Below the pieces are notes generated by a model. That model was not told the DNA's origin, made no database searches, and saw nothing but the letters and a program-made list of their open reading frames with translations. A stretch of 64,000 nucleotides of DNA from Octopus sinensis (taxonomy: Eukaryota). Location: positions 24,304,001-24,368,000 of the forward strand of contig NC_043018.1 in the NCBI RefSeq assembly GCF_006345805.1. Direction: 5' to 3'. Made by a program: the position numbers and the translations under genes. Shown piece by piece: positions 14,301-27,858 of the stretch; position 1 is the first letter of the stretch, and each line of letters begins with the position of its first letter.

Positions 14301-17300
14301 GTAAAATATCATGTCTTTTTGTTGTCTGTTAATTTTATTATCCATTTATCTGAATTGACTATATATTATATATACATATATTGTTTACTTTTCCGTGAAG
14401 GTAAGATCAATAGAGAAGTACTCCATCTGGTGTACTGTGTATGTTAAACACTATATATATATATGTATATTCAGTAACAAATTAGAAGTAGCACTGTGGA
14501 AGCATTCCGTCGGTTACGACGACGAGGGTTCCGGTTGATCCGATCAACGGAACAGCCTGCTCGTGAAATTAACGTGTAAGTGGCTGAGCACTCCACAGAC
14601 ACGTGTACCCTTAACATAGTTCTCGGGGATATTCAGCGTGACACAGAGAGTGACAAGGTCGGCCCTTTGAAATACAGGTACAACAGAAACAGGAAGTAAG
14701 AGTGAGAGAAAGTTGTGGTGAAAGAGTACAGCAGGGATCACCACCATCCCTGCAAGAGCCTCGTGGAGCTTTAGGTGTTTTCGCTCAATAAACATTCACA
14801 ACGCCCGGTCTGGGAATCGAAACCGCGATCCTACGACCGCGAGTCCGCTGCCCTAACCACTGGGCCATTGCGCCTCCACAGAAGTAGCACTAGTGTTGTA
14901 AACATTATCGACTGCACATACTCAATGTTTGTGTTTTGTTTGTTCACTGATTTGCTGCGGTAAAGCGCCCAAAGGATGACCCCTCGATTACATTGGGCAG
15001 AATCGTTAGCACGCCGGGCAAAATGCTTTGTGGTATTTCACCCGCCGCTGCGTTCTGAGTTCAAATTCCGCCGAGGTCGACTTTGCTTTTCATCCTTTCG
15101 GGGTCGATAAATAAAGTACCAGTTTCGCACTGGGGTCAATGTAATTGACTTAATCCGTTTGTCTGTCCTTGTCTGTCCTTGTTTGTCCCCCTCTATGTTT
15201 AGCCCCTTGTGGGCAGTAAAGAAATACATTGGGTGTTAAAACACCTGAAAGTCATAGACAGTTGAAATATCAATATCCATCCCTCAAGAGAGATGAATAT
15301 TGATATTTCATCATTTTTGTGACTTATGAACATCAGATGACTCGAACCAGGGATGAACTGAATCATCAGTCATTGACTACATTGTAAATGGTTTTTACAC
15401 TATTTATATATAGTCATTGACTAGCAATTCAATTATATATTTACATACATGTGTGTATGAGTGTGTGTGCTGATTTTTGAAAGTGGATGGAACATGGAGA
15501 AGTGGGAGACCCAGGAAGATATGGGATGAAGAATTGAAGAGCAACCTCAGCACGCTGAACCTTTCAGGCAAGTAAGATCGATCCTTCTGGTGTTGTTACC
15601 ACTTAACTGTGCCTGTGCAGTACCACATAAAAGTGACCATGTGGTACTACATAAAGTGCCCATGTGACACTATGTAAAAGCGCCCATGCGACGCCATGTA
15701 AAAAGCTCCATGTAAAAGTGTCCATGTGGCACCACGTTAAAGCGCCCATGCGACACCATGTAAAAAGCTCCATGTAAAAGTGCCCATGTGGCACCACGTA
15801 AAACCAGTCATGTGGCACCATGTAAAAGCGCCCATGCGACGCCACGTAAAAGTGTCCATGTGGAACCACGTAAAAGCAGCCATGTGGCACCTTGTAAAAG
15901 CACCCATGCGACGCCATGTAAAAAGCTCCTTGTAAAAGTGCCCATGTGAAAACCACGTAAAAGCATCCATGTGGCACCATATAAAAGCACTTGTATGATA
16001 CCATGTAAAAAGTGTCTGTGTGGTGCTATGTAAATTGCGCCTGTGCAGTGCCACCTAGAAGCATCCAGCACATTCTGTAAAATGGTTGGCATTTGGAAGG
16101 GAATCCTGCCATAGAAACCATGCCAAATCAGACTGGAATCTGGTGCAGCTCCTCAGCTCTGGTCAAACCACCCAACCCATGCCAGCATGGACGTTAAATG
16201 ATGATGATGATTATGATGATGATGATATAAAAATATATATGTAAGAATGGAGGATTATACATCTTCAAAATTTGTTTATTACAGTATTGTTCTCATTAAA
16301 TTTAATGAGTAGAATACTGTATTCTATACCCTGCTGTATGAAATCTAACGAAGTGAACTCGGGATTTACCTGTCAATTGAAGTATTACTCTCTCTTTTAC
16401 TTTTTACTTGTTTCAGTCATTTGACTGCGGCCATGCTGGAGCACCGCCTTTAGTCGAGCAAATCAACCCCGGGACTTATTCTTTGTAAGCCCAGTACTTA
16501 TTCTATCGGTTTCTTTTGCCGAACTGCTAAGTGACGGGGATGTAAACACACCAGCATCGGTTGTCAAGCAATGTTTGGGGGACAAACACAGGCACACAAA
16601 CACACACACACATACATACACACACATACATATACATATATACGACAGGCTTCTTTCAGTTTCTGTCTACCAAATCCACTTACAAGGCATTGGTCGGCCC
16701 GGGGCTATAGCAGAAGACACTTGCCCAAGATGCCACGCAGTGGGACTGAACCTGGAACCATGTGGTTGGTTAGCAAGCTACTTACCACACAGCCACTCCT
16801 GTGCCTATTATGTAATTGTTTATCATCAACAATTCTGTATGTTCCTTGTTTGATGTGGTTAGCCAGATCTGGATTATATCAGAGTGTTAATAAGGTATCT
16901 ACCTGGATTCCAAATTCCTATTCCTTTATGTTATATATGTGTGTGTGTGTGGGGTGGTGGTGGCATGTGGCCTAGTGGGGGGTATTGGACTCCTGATTGA
17001 AAGATTGTGGTTTCGATTCCTGGACTGGGCAGTGCATTGTGTTCTTGAGCAAAACACTTCATTTCATGTTGCACCAGTCCACTCACCTGCCCAGGTGGGG
17101 AATATATATGTCAGGAAACCAGCCCTTGTGAATCTGTATGACTTGAAGGTAACTTTACCTGTGTGTGTGTGTGTGTATTTTGTCACTTTGTCTTATAACT
17201 TAGCAGTTAGAAAGCAGTCACCTTATTATAGTATAAGAATCGTATGATTCAATACATTATTACATTTGACGGATATTTGTCCTCTTGTTTGTTGTTAACA

Positions 17301-19541
17301 CAACATTTCGGTTGATATACCCTCCAGCCTTCTTCAGGAAATTTCGAACCTGGGTTCTCATTCCCAAGGTATTTTTTGATATTATTATTATTGACGAGGT
17401 GGTGAAGCACGACCTTCGAACTTTAGGTCTCACCGAGGAAATGACTAGAGACCGAGACCTATGGAAGTATGCTGTGCGTGAGAAGACCCAGCATGACAAG
17501 TGAGACCATAACCCATGGCCTCTACCTGGGATGTAGCCAGTCCACTTATGCATACCTTTCCTTCTTGGGACACAAAACTCTACTTGTGAAGACCTGTTGA
17601 GGCAAGTGAGAATCAGAATCGAAATTGATCAACATCAATGGAAATTACAGCTGTGATACCAGTGCCGGTGGCACGTAAGCGAATCATCCGAACGTGGCTG
17701 TTGCCAGCGCCGCCCCGACGAGCCTCTGTGCCGTGGCACGTAAAAAGCACCATCCGATTGTGACCGTTGCAAGCCTTGCCTGGCCCCCATGCCGGTGGCA
17801 TGTAAAAAGCACCATCCGACCGTGGCTGTTTGCCAGCCCCGTCTGGCACCTGTGCCGGTGACACGTAAAAAGCACCCACTACACTCATGGAGTGGTTGGC
17901 GTTAGGAAGGGCATCCAGCCATAGAAACATTGCCAGATCAGACTGGGCCTGGTGCAGCCTTATGGTTTCCCAGACCCCAGTTGAACTGTCCAACCCATGC
18001 TAGCATGGAAAGCGGATGCTAAATGATGATGATGATGATGATGATGATGATCTTATTATTGGTCAGGTCACTGCTTGGAATCGAACTTGGAATCTTGGGG
18101 TTAGTAGCCAGTGCTCTTAACCATGACTAAATCCAAGAGTCTGAGTTTGATTCCAGGCAGTGACCTGAATAATAATAATAATGATAATAATAACAACATA
18201 AAAAAATTCCTTAGGAATGAGAACCCAGGTCGAAATTTTCCCAAGACACCTGATGAAGGCTGGTGAGTATATCAGCTGAAACATTGTGTTAACAACAAAC
18301 AAGATGAGGACAAATGTAAATAATATACGTAATTCCTCATTTCTTAAATATAGAACCACATTATTCAGTCTTTAGAGTCTTCAAATTAGCTAATCATTTT
18401 GCTGTTCTTAGTATGAAGTTTTATTTGGTCTTTTTTCCAAGAGTTTACTAGGTTCATAAATATCAATATATGTTTAACATAAGTTCTTGTGCAGTTTTTT
18501 AAAAACTTGATCAAATGTCACCATGCAATTTGATATTTGGCAGAAAGCATCAATTTATGAAAAAAAAAAAAAAAATTAAAGGTATCCCTTACTGTGTGAA
18601 AATCCTAGTTGAAGTTGATTATGTTTGTGTAATGCTGGTTTGATTAGAAATTCTTGTCTTTATCATATAAAAAACCCCAAAAAACTGTAAAATACTGTCT
18701 GTAGGCAATCATTTTGAGTTCTATCTGATATCTAAAATAATGGAGCTTTTCCCATTGTTTCCATAATGTCACTACATAGCTCTGTTTTGAACTTACTGGA
18801 AATCCTGCAGCTATACTGGTTCTGGTTTTTTTGGTTTTGTTTCTTTTAGTTGTTCCAACATTTGCCTTGTTTATATTAGACTGTTTCAGCTTCTGTGAAG
18901 CACATTCCACTTGGAAGTTGATATTTTAATTTTCGATTTTTCTAGAGTATTCAAACTTCTTGTTTGTTTTTGGCTTGATATATGAAACGCTATTATTTTA
19001 ATCTCAAAAATGCTTAACAAAAATACAAAAAGAAAAGAAAGAAATAATGTATAACTGTGTTACTTTAGCATGTGGTGTATCTCTTTGTCTTAGAAGTAAA
19101 ATGAAAGTAAAATAATAAAAAAAATGAAAAGCAAATGCAGTGGTGTGCCTAATTGCCTAATTGCCTAATTGCTATATGTAAAGTTAAAAAAAAAGACGAA
19201 AAAAAACAACCAGAATAATCTGTTTTAAAGTGAAATCATGCAAATTGAATTATGTGTAAATGATGGGTAACAGTACATATTCTCCTCTGTGTGTGTGTGT
19301 GTCTCTCTCTAATGAATTAAAAGCAGCATGCCTGACTTTGATTGGAGGTGAGTTGTCTCACCTGTCTAGGACTTTCAGGTGTTTTAACATCCAGCGTTAT
19401 GTGGGAGTTGAGCCAAAGTGCTATGCCACAGCAAACTGGGAAACCAAAAAAAGGCACATACATTATGTGCAATCGATAATATTTACTATCTGTTTTTATT
19501 TATCTATCTATCACTCTATCTATTTCTCAATCCATAATCAC

Positions 19542-19612
<71 letters not shown>

Positions 19613-19674
19613 ACACTCCACACACACACACACCACACTCCACACACACACACACCACACATACACACCACACT

Positions 19675-19709
<35 letters not shown>

Positions 19710-22402
19710 ACACTCCACACACACACACACACCACATACACACACACACCACACACACTCCACACACACACACACACACACCACACTCCACACACCACAC
19801 TCCACACACACACACACCACACACACACACACAACACACACACACACACACACCACACACACACACACACCACACACACACACACTTTTGCGGCTGGATT
19901 TTATGCTGTTGATCAGGGAAGGAAATTGGGTTCATCTTACCTGAGGAGGAGTCAGCAAATTGGGAAATGGTTTATCAGGAAACTCCCCTCTCTTTCCTTG
20001 TTAAAGTTGTCTCTACAGGTATTCTACAGAAATTATAGCGATCACTGATTTTTGTTACGACATTTCATCCCCGAAAAGCATAAAAAAAGAATGTGTTCGC
20101 ACGCTTTTAATTTACTGTCACTGCTAAAGGATTTCTAATACTTAGTGTGTGTGTGTGTGTGTGATCATTGTCCTTTTTTCCAAGATGGCATGGGTTTGAT
20201 GGTTCAACAGGCAGCAGTGAGCCAAAGGGTTGCACTGAGCTTCAGTGTATACTTCAGCATGGTTTCTATAGCTGGGTGCCCTTCATAATGCTAACCATTT
20301 CATTGAGTGTACTGGAGACTTTTTTTTCCATGGCACCAGCACTGGTGAGGTTGCCAAGTTCTCGCAAGACGAGACTCTTCAACTGAAAGCGGGGTATAGT
20401 ATTGAAGGAAATGAAATTACGACTGGGAGACAGGAGTTTGTGTCTTGCTGAAGAGGTGAATATATAGCTTCCCCTGCTTGAGAGAGTGAGAGAGAGAGAG
20501 ATGTGAAGTCAAGGTAATATGCGAGAGAGAATAGGGGATAAGGCGATGGAAAAGGTGGGTTGGTAAGGTGTACTAGAGTGAAAAGGGTATTCTTTGTTTA
20601 GTATCTAATACAAGGCCTATTGTATATTAATATATATATATATAATATATATATATATATATGTATCTGTGTGTGTGTGTGTGTTTGTCATCTCACCACC
20701 TCTCGACAACTGGTGTGTTTACATCTCTGTAACTTAGCAGAACACTTTGTTCTGAAACACGTTGAGTTCTACACCAGGTTATTAGTCTTGCAGTGCTTTA
20801 ATAAAATAAATATGTATATATATATATTATATGAGAGAGTGCTGAAAAGTTGCTGGTTTTAATGCTATCGTGAAAGGCCTGGTTGCAGGCCCAACCTTTT
20901 GAGTTTTTTTACAGGGCTTAGAAAAACTAAACAACCGCTGCAATAAGTGTGTGAATCTGGAAAGGGAATATGTTGAATAACAACATGATTAACTGACCCT
21001 CCTGTATTTTCTTTTACTCAAAGCCAGGAACTTTTTCAGCACCCCTCCCCCGTCCCTTATACAGCTTTTCATCTATTTACATATATGTATATGTAGTGTT
21101 AGGTAATGTAAATTAACTGCAGTTAAAGACAGACTTAAACCTACAAGGCCAATCTGACAAGGGAATGCAAATAATTGACAGGGCTAAAGTGTGTTGAACA
21201 ATCACAGTGTTTAATGTTTCTTAGCTTTAAACTGTCATGTGGAAACAATTCCTGTCTAACAGTGATACAAGAAAAAACATCGAATGCCCTTGTAAAATAA
21301 GCCCAAATAGCACCAAGAGGTGTAGCCTTGCCATTGTTTCTGACACTGAAAAAATATAACTATGCGATGGCCTCCGACAATTCCCCCCCCCCCCCACTCT
21401 TTTCATCCAGTGAGGATAATAATCTGCAATATTGGCACAAGGCCACTTATCTACTTAAATCAACTCCAGGTCTTGATTTTTTTCTTCATTTTATTATCAT
21501 TGGCATTTCATTTTATTATCGTTGGGGGTGGGGGTGGGGGAAATGTTGAGTGGCATTTTATCTGTTTCCATGTTCATCATCATCATCATCATCATCATCC
21601 TTCATGCTGGCATGGGTTCGGTGGTTTGACAAGGCCTGGCCAAGCAGGAGCCTGCACCATGCTTCTGTGTCTGTTTTGGCATGGTTTTTTTTTATGGCTG
21701 GATGCTCTTCCTAATGCCAACCACTCTGTAGAATGGGCTGAGTGCTTTTTACATGGCACCAGTACAGGTGAGGTCGGTTTTGACATGGTTTTTACCACTG
21801 GATGCCCTTACAAATGCCAACCATTCTACAGTGTGGATTGGATGCTTCTTAAGTGACACCTGTACTGGCAGAGCCTCCAAGTGAAAAAGACATTTGCATG
21901 CACACACGTATGCACATGCGCGCACTTGTGAGTATGTGTGTGTGTCTGTGTGTGTGTGAATCTGCATATGGTTTTATGTCTTTTATATAAAGATGTATAT
22001 AGAAACTGTAGAAACTCTGCCAGATAAGATTAGAGTCTGGTGCAGCCATCTGGTTCACCAGACCTCACTCAAATCGTCCAACCCATGCTAGCATGGAAAG
22101 CAGACATTAAACGATGATGATGATGATGATGTATGTTTATCTCTTTCGACTGATTTATGACCCAGCCCTCAGCCTGCTATCAGTCTGATCTGTGTTTTTC
22201 TTCTTTTATCTCTTTTCTTTTTTATAATTTTACAAACTTTCTCTTCTTGTTCTTTCCTTTTCTCTCCCCTCTCTTTTTTCCTCTCTCTCTCTTTCTGGTC
22301 GCAAATATTTGGTTCTGTGAGAGCGTGTCCTTGTTCAGGTTTGACGCCTGATATTTTATGTGACATGTAATGTTGATCATTCACATAATAGCGCAATGGC
22401 AA

Positions 22403-22435
<33 letters not shown>

Positions 22436-24270
22436 TGTGTGTGTGTATGTGTGTGTGTGTGTGTGTGTGTATACAGGGTGCAGTGAACATATTGTCTAAA
22501 TTAGGCAAAAATGAAAATAACACTGACATCTCCTTTTAATAGATATATTTACCAAAGTGGGGGTGATGTGGTCGCAGAAATAGTCTGACAGCCATGATTG
22601 GGCTCTTCTGCTTGTGTAGCATGATGCAGAGTGCTGTTGCCAGGCATACAGAGTCTTCCAGTAGTCACCCTCTTCACCCAGGGCAGCACTACCTCCTCCT
22701 GGCACTTGATTTAGGCATCTGTGTTGAGTCTGAGGCTGTGTGGGAAGATGAATGGAGGCATAACATTGTCATCACTAGCGATCACACAAAACACCATGAT
22801 GTTGACTGGATGTTTGATTTTTATCACTCTTGGTACATGTCCTCAGATTGACACCCAAACACTTTGAAATGTTCGTATTGGAGGTTCCAGCACAAATTCC
22901 AAGCAGTACAGCATGCCGTTTCCAAATTTCTGGCTGAGTGAATTATGTCATGGTACTGTTTTTCTCACAGATATTGCCCAACACACATATTGTTTAAAAT
23001 GGTTTGATTCAGCCCCTTGAGACTCATAGTTCCATGAGCTCCTACCAGAAACCCATCTATTTCATTCTTAGATTACCGAATGAAGAAACAAAGGAAGAAG
23101 TCCAAGATGGCTACTGGAAAATAGGCTTCTGTTGGTCAAGGCAAATCATATGTTGCCAGCGTAAGATTGGTTGTTCAGTGACAACAGCTCTTTTAGAAAG
23201 GGAAATTTCTTTGGCCATATATATATATATATATAGGCGCAGGAGTGGCTGTGTGGTAAGTAGCTTGCTAACCAACCACATGGTTCCGGGTTCAGTCCCA
23301 CTGCGTGGTATCTTGGGCAAGTGTCTTCTGCTATAGCCCCGGGCCGACCAATGCCTTGTGAGTGAATTTGGTAGACGGAAACTGAAAGAAGCCTGTCGTA
23401 TATATATATACATAAGTGTGTGTGTATGTGTTTGTGTGTCTGTGTTTGTCCCCCTAGCATTGCTTGACAACCGATGCTGGTGTGTTTACGTCCCCGTCAC
23501 TTAGCGGTTTGGCAAAAGAGACCAATAGAATTAGTACTGGGCTTACAAAGAATAAGTCCCGGGGTCGATTTGCTCGACTAAAGGCGGTGCTCCAGCATGG
23601 CCGCAGTCAAATGACTGAAACATTAAAAAAATATATATATATATAGTTCAAATCTACAGAAAACAAAGGACAAAGACAGGTGAGGGAACAAGAAGAAGGT
23701 GTAATAGTTTGATGCTCAGGAAGAATGGAAAAGTCTTTGACATTTCAAGCCTATGCTCTTCCACAGAAATGATGGTGGGGGAAAAATAATGTGTGTGTGT
23801 ATGTGTGTCTTGGTATTTGTATTTGTCTGTACTACCACTTGACAACTGGTGTTGGTTTATTTATGTCCTCATAACTTAGTAGTTTGATAAAAGGGACTGA
23901 TGGAATTAATATCAGACTAAAAAAAAAAGTACGAGGCATGTGGTGTGGGGGGTGTAGTGTGGGGTTAACTTGTTTGGCTAAACTCTTCAAGGCAGTACCC
24001 CTACCACAACCTGGCCTGCAGTCCAGTGACCGAATGCAAGCTGAAGAAGACTTGCACTTATGTAAAGGGTATGGAGTACGTGAGTGAAAGGGAGTATAGG
24101 AGATGATTGCGATGTTTAATGAAGACAATGGCGGCGGCGGCGGCAGTGGTGGTGGTAGCAGTGGTGGCTGTGGTAGCGGAGGAGTAGGAGATGTTCTGTA
24201 TAGTGTTTGTTTGATTGTCAGAAACATTTCAGAAACTTGGTGTGGTTTGCTATTATTGGAGTATTATACA

Positions 24271-24312
<42 letters not shown>

Positions 24313-26681
24313 ATGTGCGTGCGTGCGTGTGTGTGTGTGTGTTTAGAGGATGAGAAAGAGAGAGAGTGAGAGAAAACAAATGAACACATGTAAAAAGTAT
24401 GTTAGTCAGTTGTATTTGACTTTTGTTTTGTTGAATTTTGTCAGGAGCCAGACAGAACAGATTGATGGATGTATGGGTCAGCAATGTTTTCTCTCCCTTT
24501 CTCTTTCTCTCTCTCTCTCTCTCTCAGCACTGCACCTACCACGGACTCTGCTGGGGAAGCAGGGACGGGAAGGGAATTCCATGGACACCTCAAAAGTAAA
24601 TAGACACCACCAGTTTTGAAAGATTGATTTCCAGGAACAGAACAATGTCTTTTGATGCGTTTAAACAATCAAGTATTTAGTAGACATAACCTTGTGTAGC
24701 TTTTAATGATTCAGCCCTGTTTGGGTATTGTAGTAATAAGTAGTACCTGCACAGGTAAAGTATAACGCAGGGCATCTATTTACTTTTGAAATGTCTGTGT
24801 ACACGTTGTTGTTGTTCTTCTTGTTCTTGTTGAGGTGGTGGTGATGGTAGAGATGGGGATGCTGGTAGAAGTGGTGGTGGTGGTGGTAGTGGTGATGACA
24901 TTGGTCATAGAGAGGATGGTGGTGACAGAGATGGTGGTATCTGTTGAGATAGTGGTGGTGATGGTGGGAAGTTTATTTGGTTGCTGTCTCCCGACTAGGC
25001 ACTGGGTCAGCTTTTATAAGGAAGAGGAATGGCGATAGATTGAACTTTAGTATATTACAGGTATCCTACTACTGCTGCTGCTGCTGAGGTCGACGTTGAC
25101 TTTCATCCTTTTGGGGGTTTGATAAAATAAACACCAGTTAAGCACTAGGGTCTTTGTAATTGACTAGCCCCCTGCCCAAGACAATTTTCAGGACTTGTGC
25201 ATAAGTAGAAAGGATCATTATTATTATTAACAGAATCATTAGAACACTGGGCGAAATGCTTAGGGGTATTTCATCAGTCTCTATGTCCTGAGTTCAAATT
25301 CCGCTGAGGTCGACTTTGCCTTTCATCCTTTTTGGAGTCAATAAATTAAGTACCAGTTGAGTACTGGGGGTCAATGTAATTGACACATCCCCTCTCCCAA
25401 AATAGCTGTCCTTGTGGCAAAATTTGAAACCATTATTATTTATTATTATTATTATTGTTAAGGCAGTGAGCTGGCAGAATTATTAGCACACTTGGCAAAT
25501 ACTTAGCTGCATTTCATCTGTATTTAGGTTCCGAGTTCAAATTCTGCTAAGGTCAAATTCTGCCTTTTGTTCTTTCGGGTCAATAAAGTAAATATCGGTC
25601 AAGCGCTAGAGTCCATGTAATCAACTACTCTACTCCCCTCAAGTTTCCAGCCTTGTACCTTTAGTAGAAAGGGTTATCATCTTCAATGGTCTCCTTTTCA
25701 ATACTAGCATCAGTTGGATGAAATTTGTTGAGGCAGATTTTTCTGTGGCTGGATGCTCTTCCTGTCATCAACCCTTGCTTGTTTTCATGTGACGTAATAT
25801 TTCCCCCCTTATCTGGGCATATATTTGTGGAAAAGGTGTGAATGACACTGCTTGTGTGATTTGTGATATTCGTTTACATTTAGTATGCAGTATCGAGGTA
25901 AGCAGATATACACATAACGCACAAGCATATTTGTATGCACGCACACATGACCCTTCCTTACCCAGACTGTCACTCAGTGGGGCTGAACCATAAATTGCAT
26001 GGTTGCAAAGTGAACTTCCTTAAACACATTGCCATGCCTGTACCCTTAATAATCCTTTCCACTGTAGACACAAGGCCTGACATGGTGGGGGTGGGGGGTG
26101 GATGGTCAATTATATCTGCCAAGATGAAAAGTAAAGTTGCCCTTGGTGGAATTTGAACTCAGAATGTGAAGAGACCAGACATGTTACTGAACATTTTCGT
26201 CTGACATAGCAATGGTTCTGCCAGCACACTGTATTAACAAGTCATCATCATTGTTTAATATCTGCCTTCCATGCTGGCATGGGTTGGACATTTTGACAGG
26301 AGCCTGCATCAGACTGCTGTGTCTGTTTTGGCAAATAATAACTATCCTCTATGCTTAACCCTTTCGTTACCAACCCGGCTGAAACCGGCTCTGGCTCTGA
26401 GTACAAATGTCTTGTTTTCTTAAGTTTTGAATTAAAAATCTTCCACCAAACCTTAGTCACAATTTATGTTCCTAACACTAGCTGAATGATAACTTAAGTT
26501 ATTTTACTAAATTCTTTGTTATATTTAAAGTAATTGAAAGAAACACAGAACATCTCAAAATAAATACAGTAACAAAAGGGTTAAAGCACAGGACCTGAAA
26601 TTTGGGGGTGGGGTGGGGTAGCCAATTACATTGACCCCAGTATTCAACTGGTACTTAAAGATAAGAAGCAAAGTCAGCCCC

Positions 26682-26714
<33 letters not shown>

Positions 26715-26742
26715 GGTGGTAGTGGTGGTGGTAGTGGTGGTG

Positions 26743-26790
<48 letters not shown>

Positions 26791-27802
26791 ATTGTTTCTA
26801 AGAATTTAGAGGAGAGGAAGTTAGTCAATAAGAGGGATGAAAGGTAAAGGCGCTACGAGGGATTTGAACTGCGAAAATAGTTACAACAAATCCTGCAAGG
26901 CATTTTTTGTTTCCGTTTCCTCATTGTTTCAACAATTCTGCCAGTTTGTATCATGATAATCATTTTGCCGTGCATCAGTTGATGCCGTTATAGGCTAGTT
27001 GCTATTATAATTATAGTACCATACCTCTATGTACCTTTCAGTCCAGTTTAATTTCACCTGCAATGTCCTGTTTAGTGTCATTACATTTAATATCTGAAGG
27101 AGATAATGTTGCTATGCATCTATCGGTGTTTTTATATTTGGCCAGTGCTTGAGAGTATTACGAAAGCTTCTAATTATCATAGTAATCAATATCAAAAGGA
27201 CATAACACTTGTTGCTATGTAAAACATGCGCAAGAATCAATTTCTATCTCTTTCTTCCTTTTCTTAGCTGTTTTTTCTTCTTTTCCTGTGTTGAATAGAT
27301 TTTGTTCTCACATACAACACATAGATCACTCAACGTACGATGGACGTCTGTCATTCTGTCATTTAACAATGGGGTGTCATTTGGTTGATCGACTGAATAA
27401 CCTGCTCCTGAATTAACATGTATAATAGGTACGGGGGCTGGAGGCGTCTGGGTGGTTAAGAAGTTCGTTTCTCAACCACATGGTTTCAGGTTCTATCCCC
27501 ACTACGTAGTTCCTTGGGCAAGTTCTACTAACTATAGCCCCAGGCTGTCCAAAGCCTTGTGAGTGGATTTCATAGATAGAAAATGAAAGAAGTCTGTCGT
27601 GTGTGTGTGTGTGTGTGTGTAAATGTATATATATGTATATAGGTTCAACTTTAGCTGTATGGTAAGAAGCTTGCTTCGCAACTGTATGGTTCTGGGTTCA
27701 ATCCCACTGTGTAGCATCTTGGACAAATGTCTTCTACTATAGTCTGAGGCTGATCAAAGCCCTCTGAGTAGATTTGACAGATGGAAACTGAAAGCAGCCT
27801 GT

Positions 27803-27858
<56 letters not shown>

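Noticed and set aside
14810-14880. tRNA gene on the minus strand
   Set aside because: A and B boxes are present, but the sequence continues into a SINE body found in several copies; it is a SINE head.
15605-16050. Possible CRISPR-like array
   Set aside because: The units are contiguous and degenerate with no unique spacers, the context is eukaryotic LINE UTR, and there are no cas genes.
19260-20048. 262-aa (HT)n ORF and the many YI/CV/HT-rich ORFs in the track
   Set aside because: These are translations of CA, TA and TG microsatellites.
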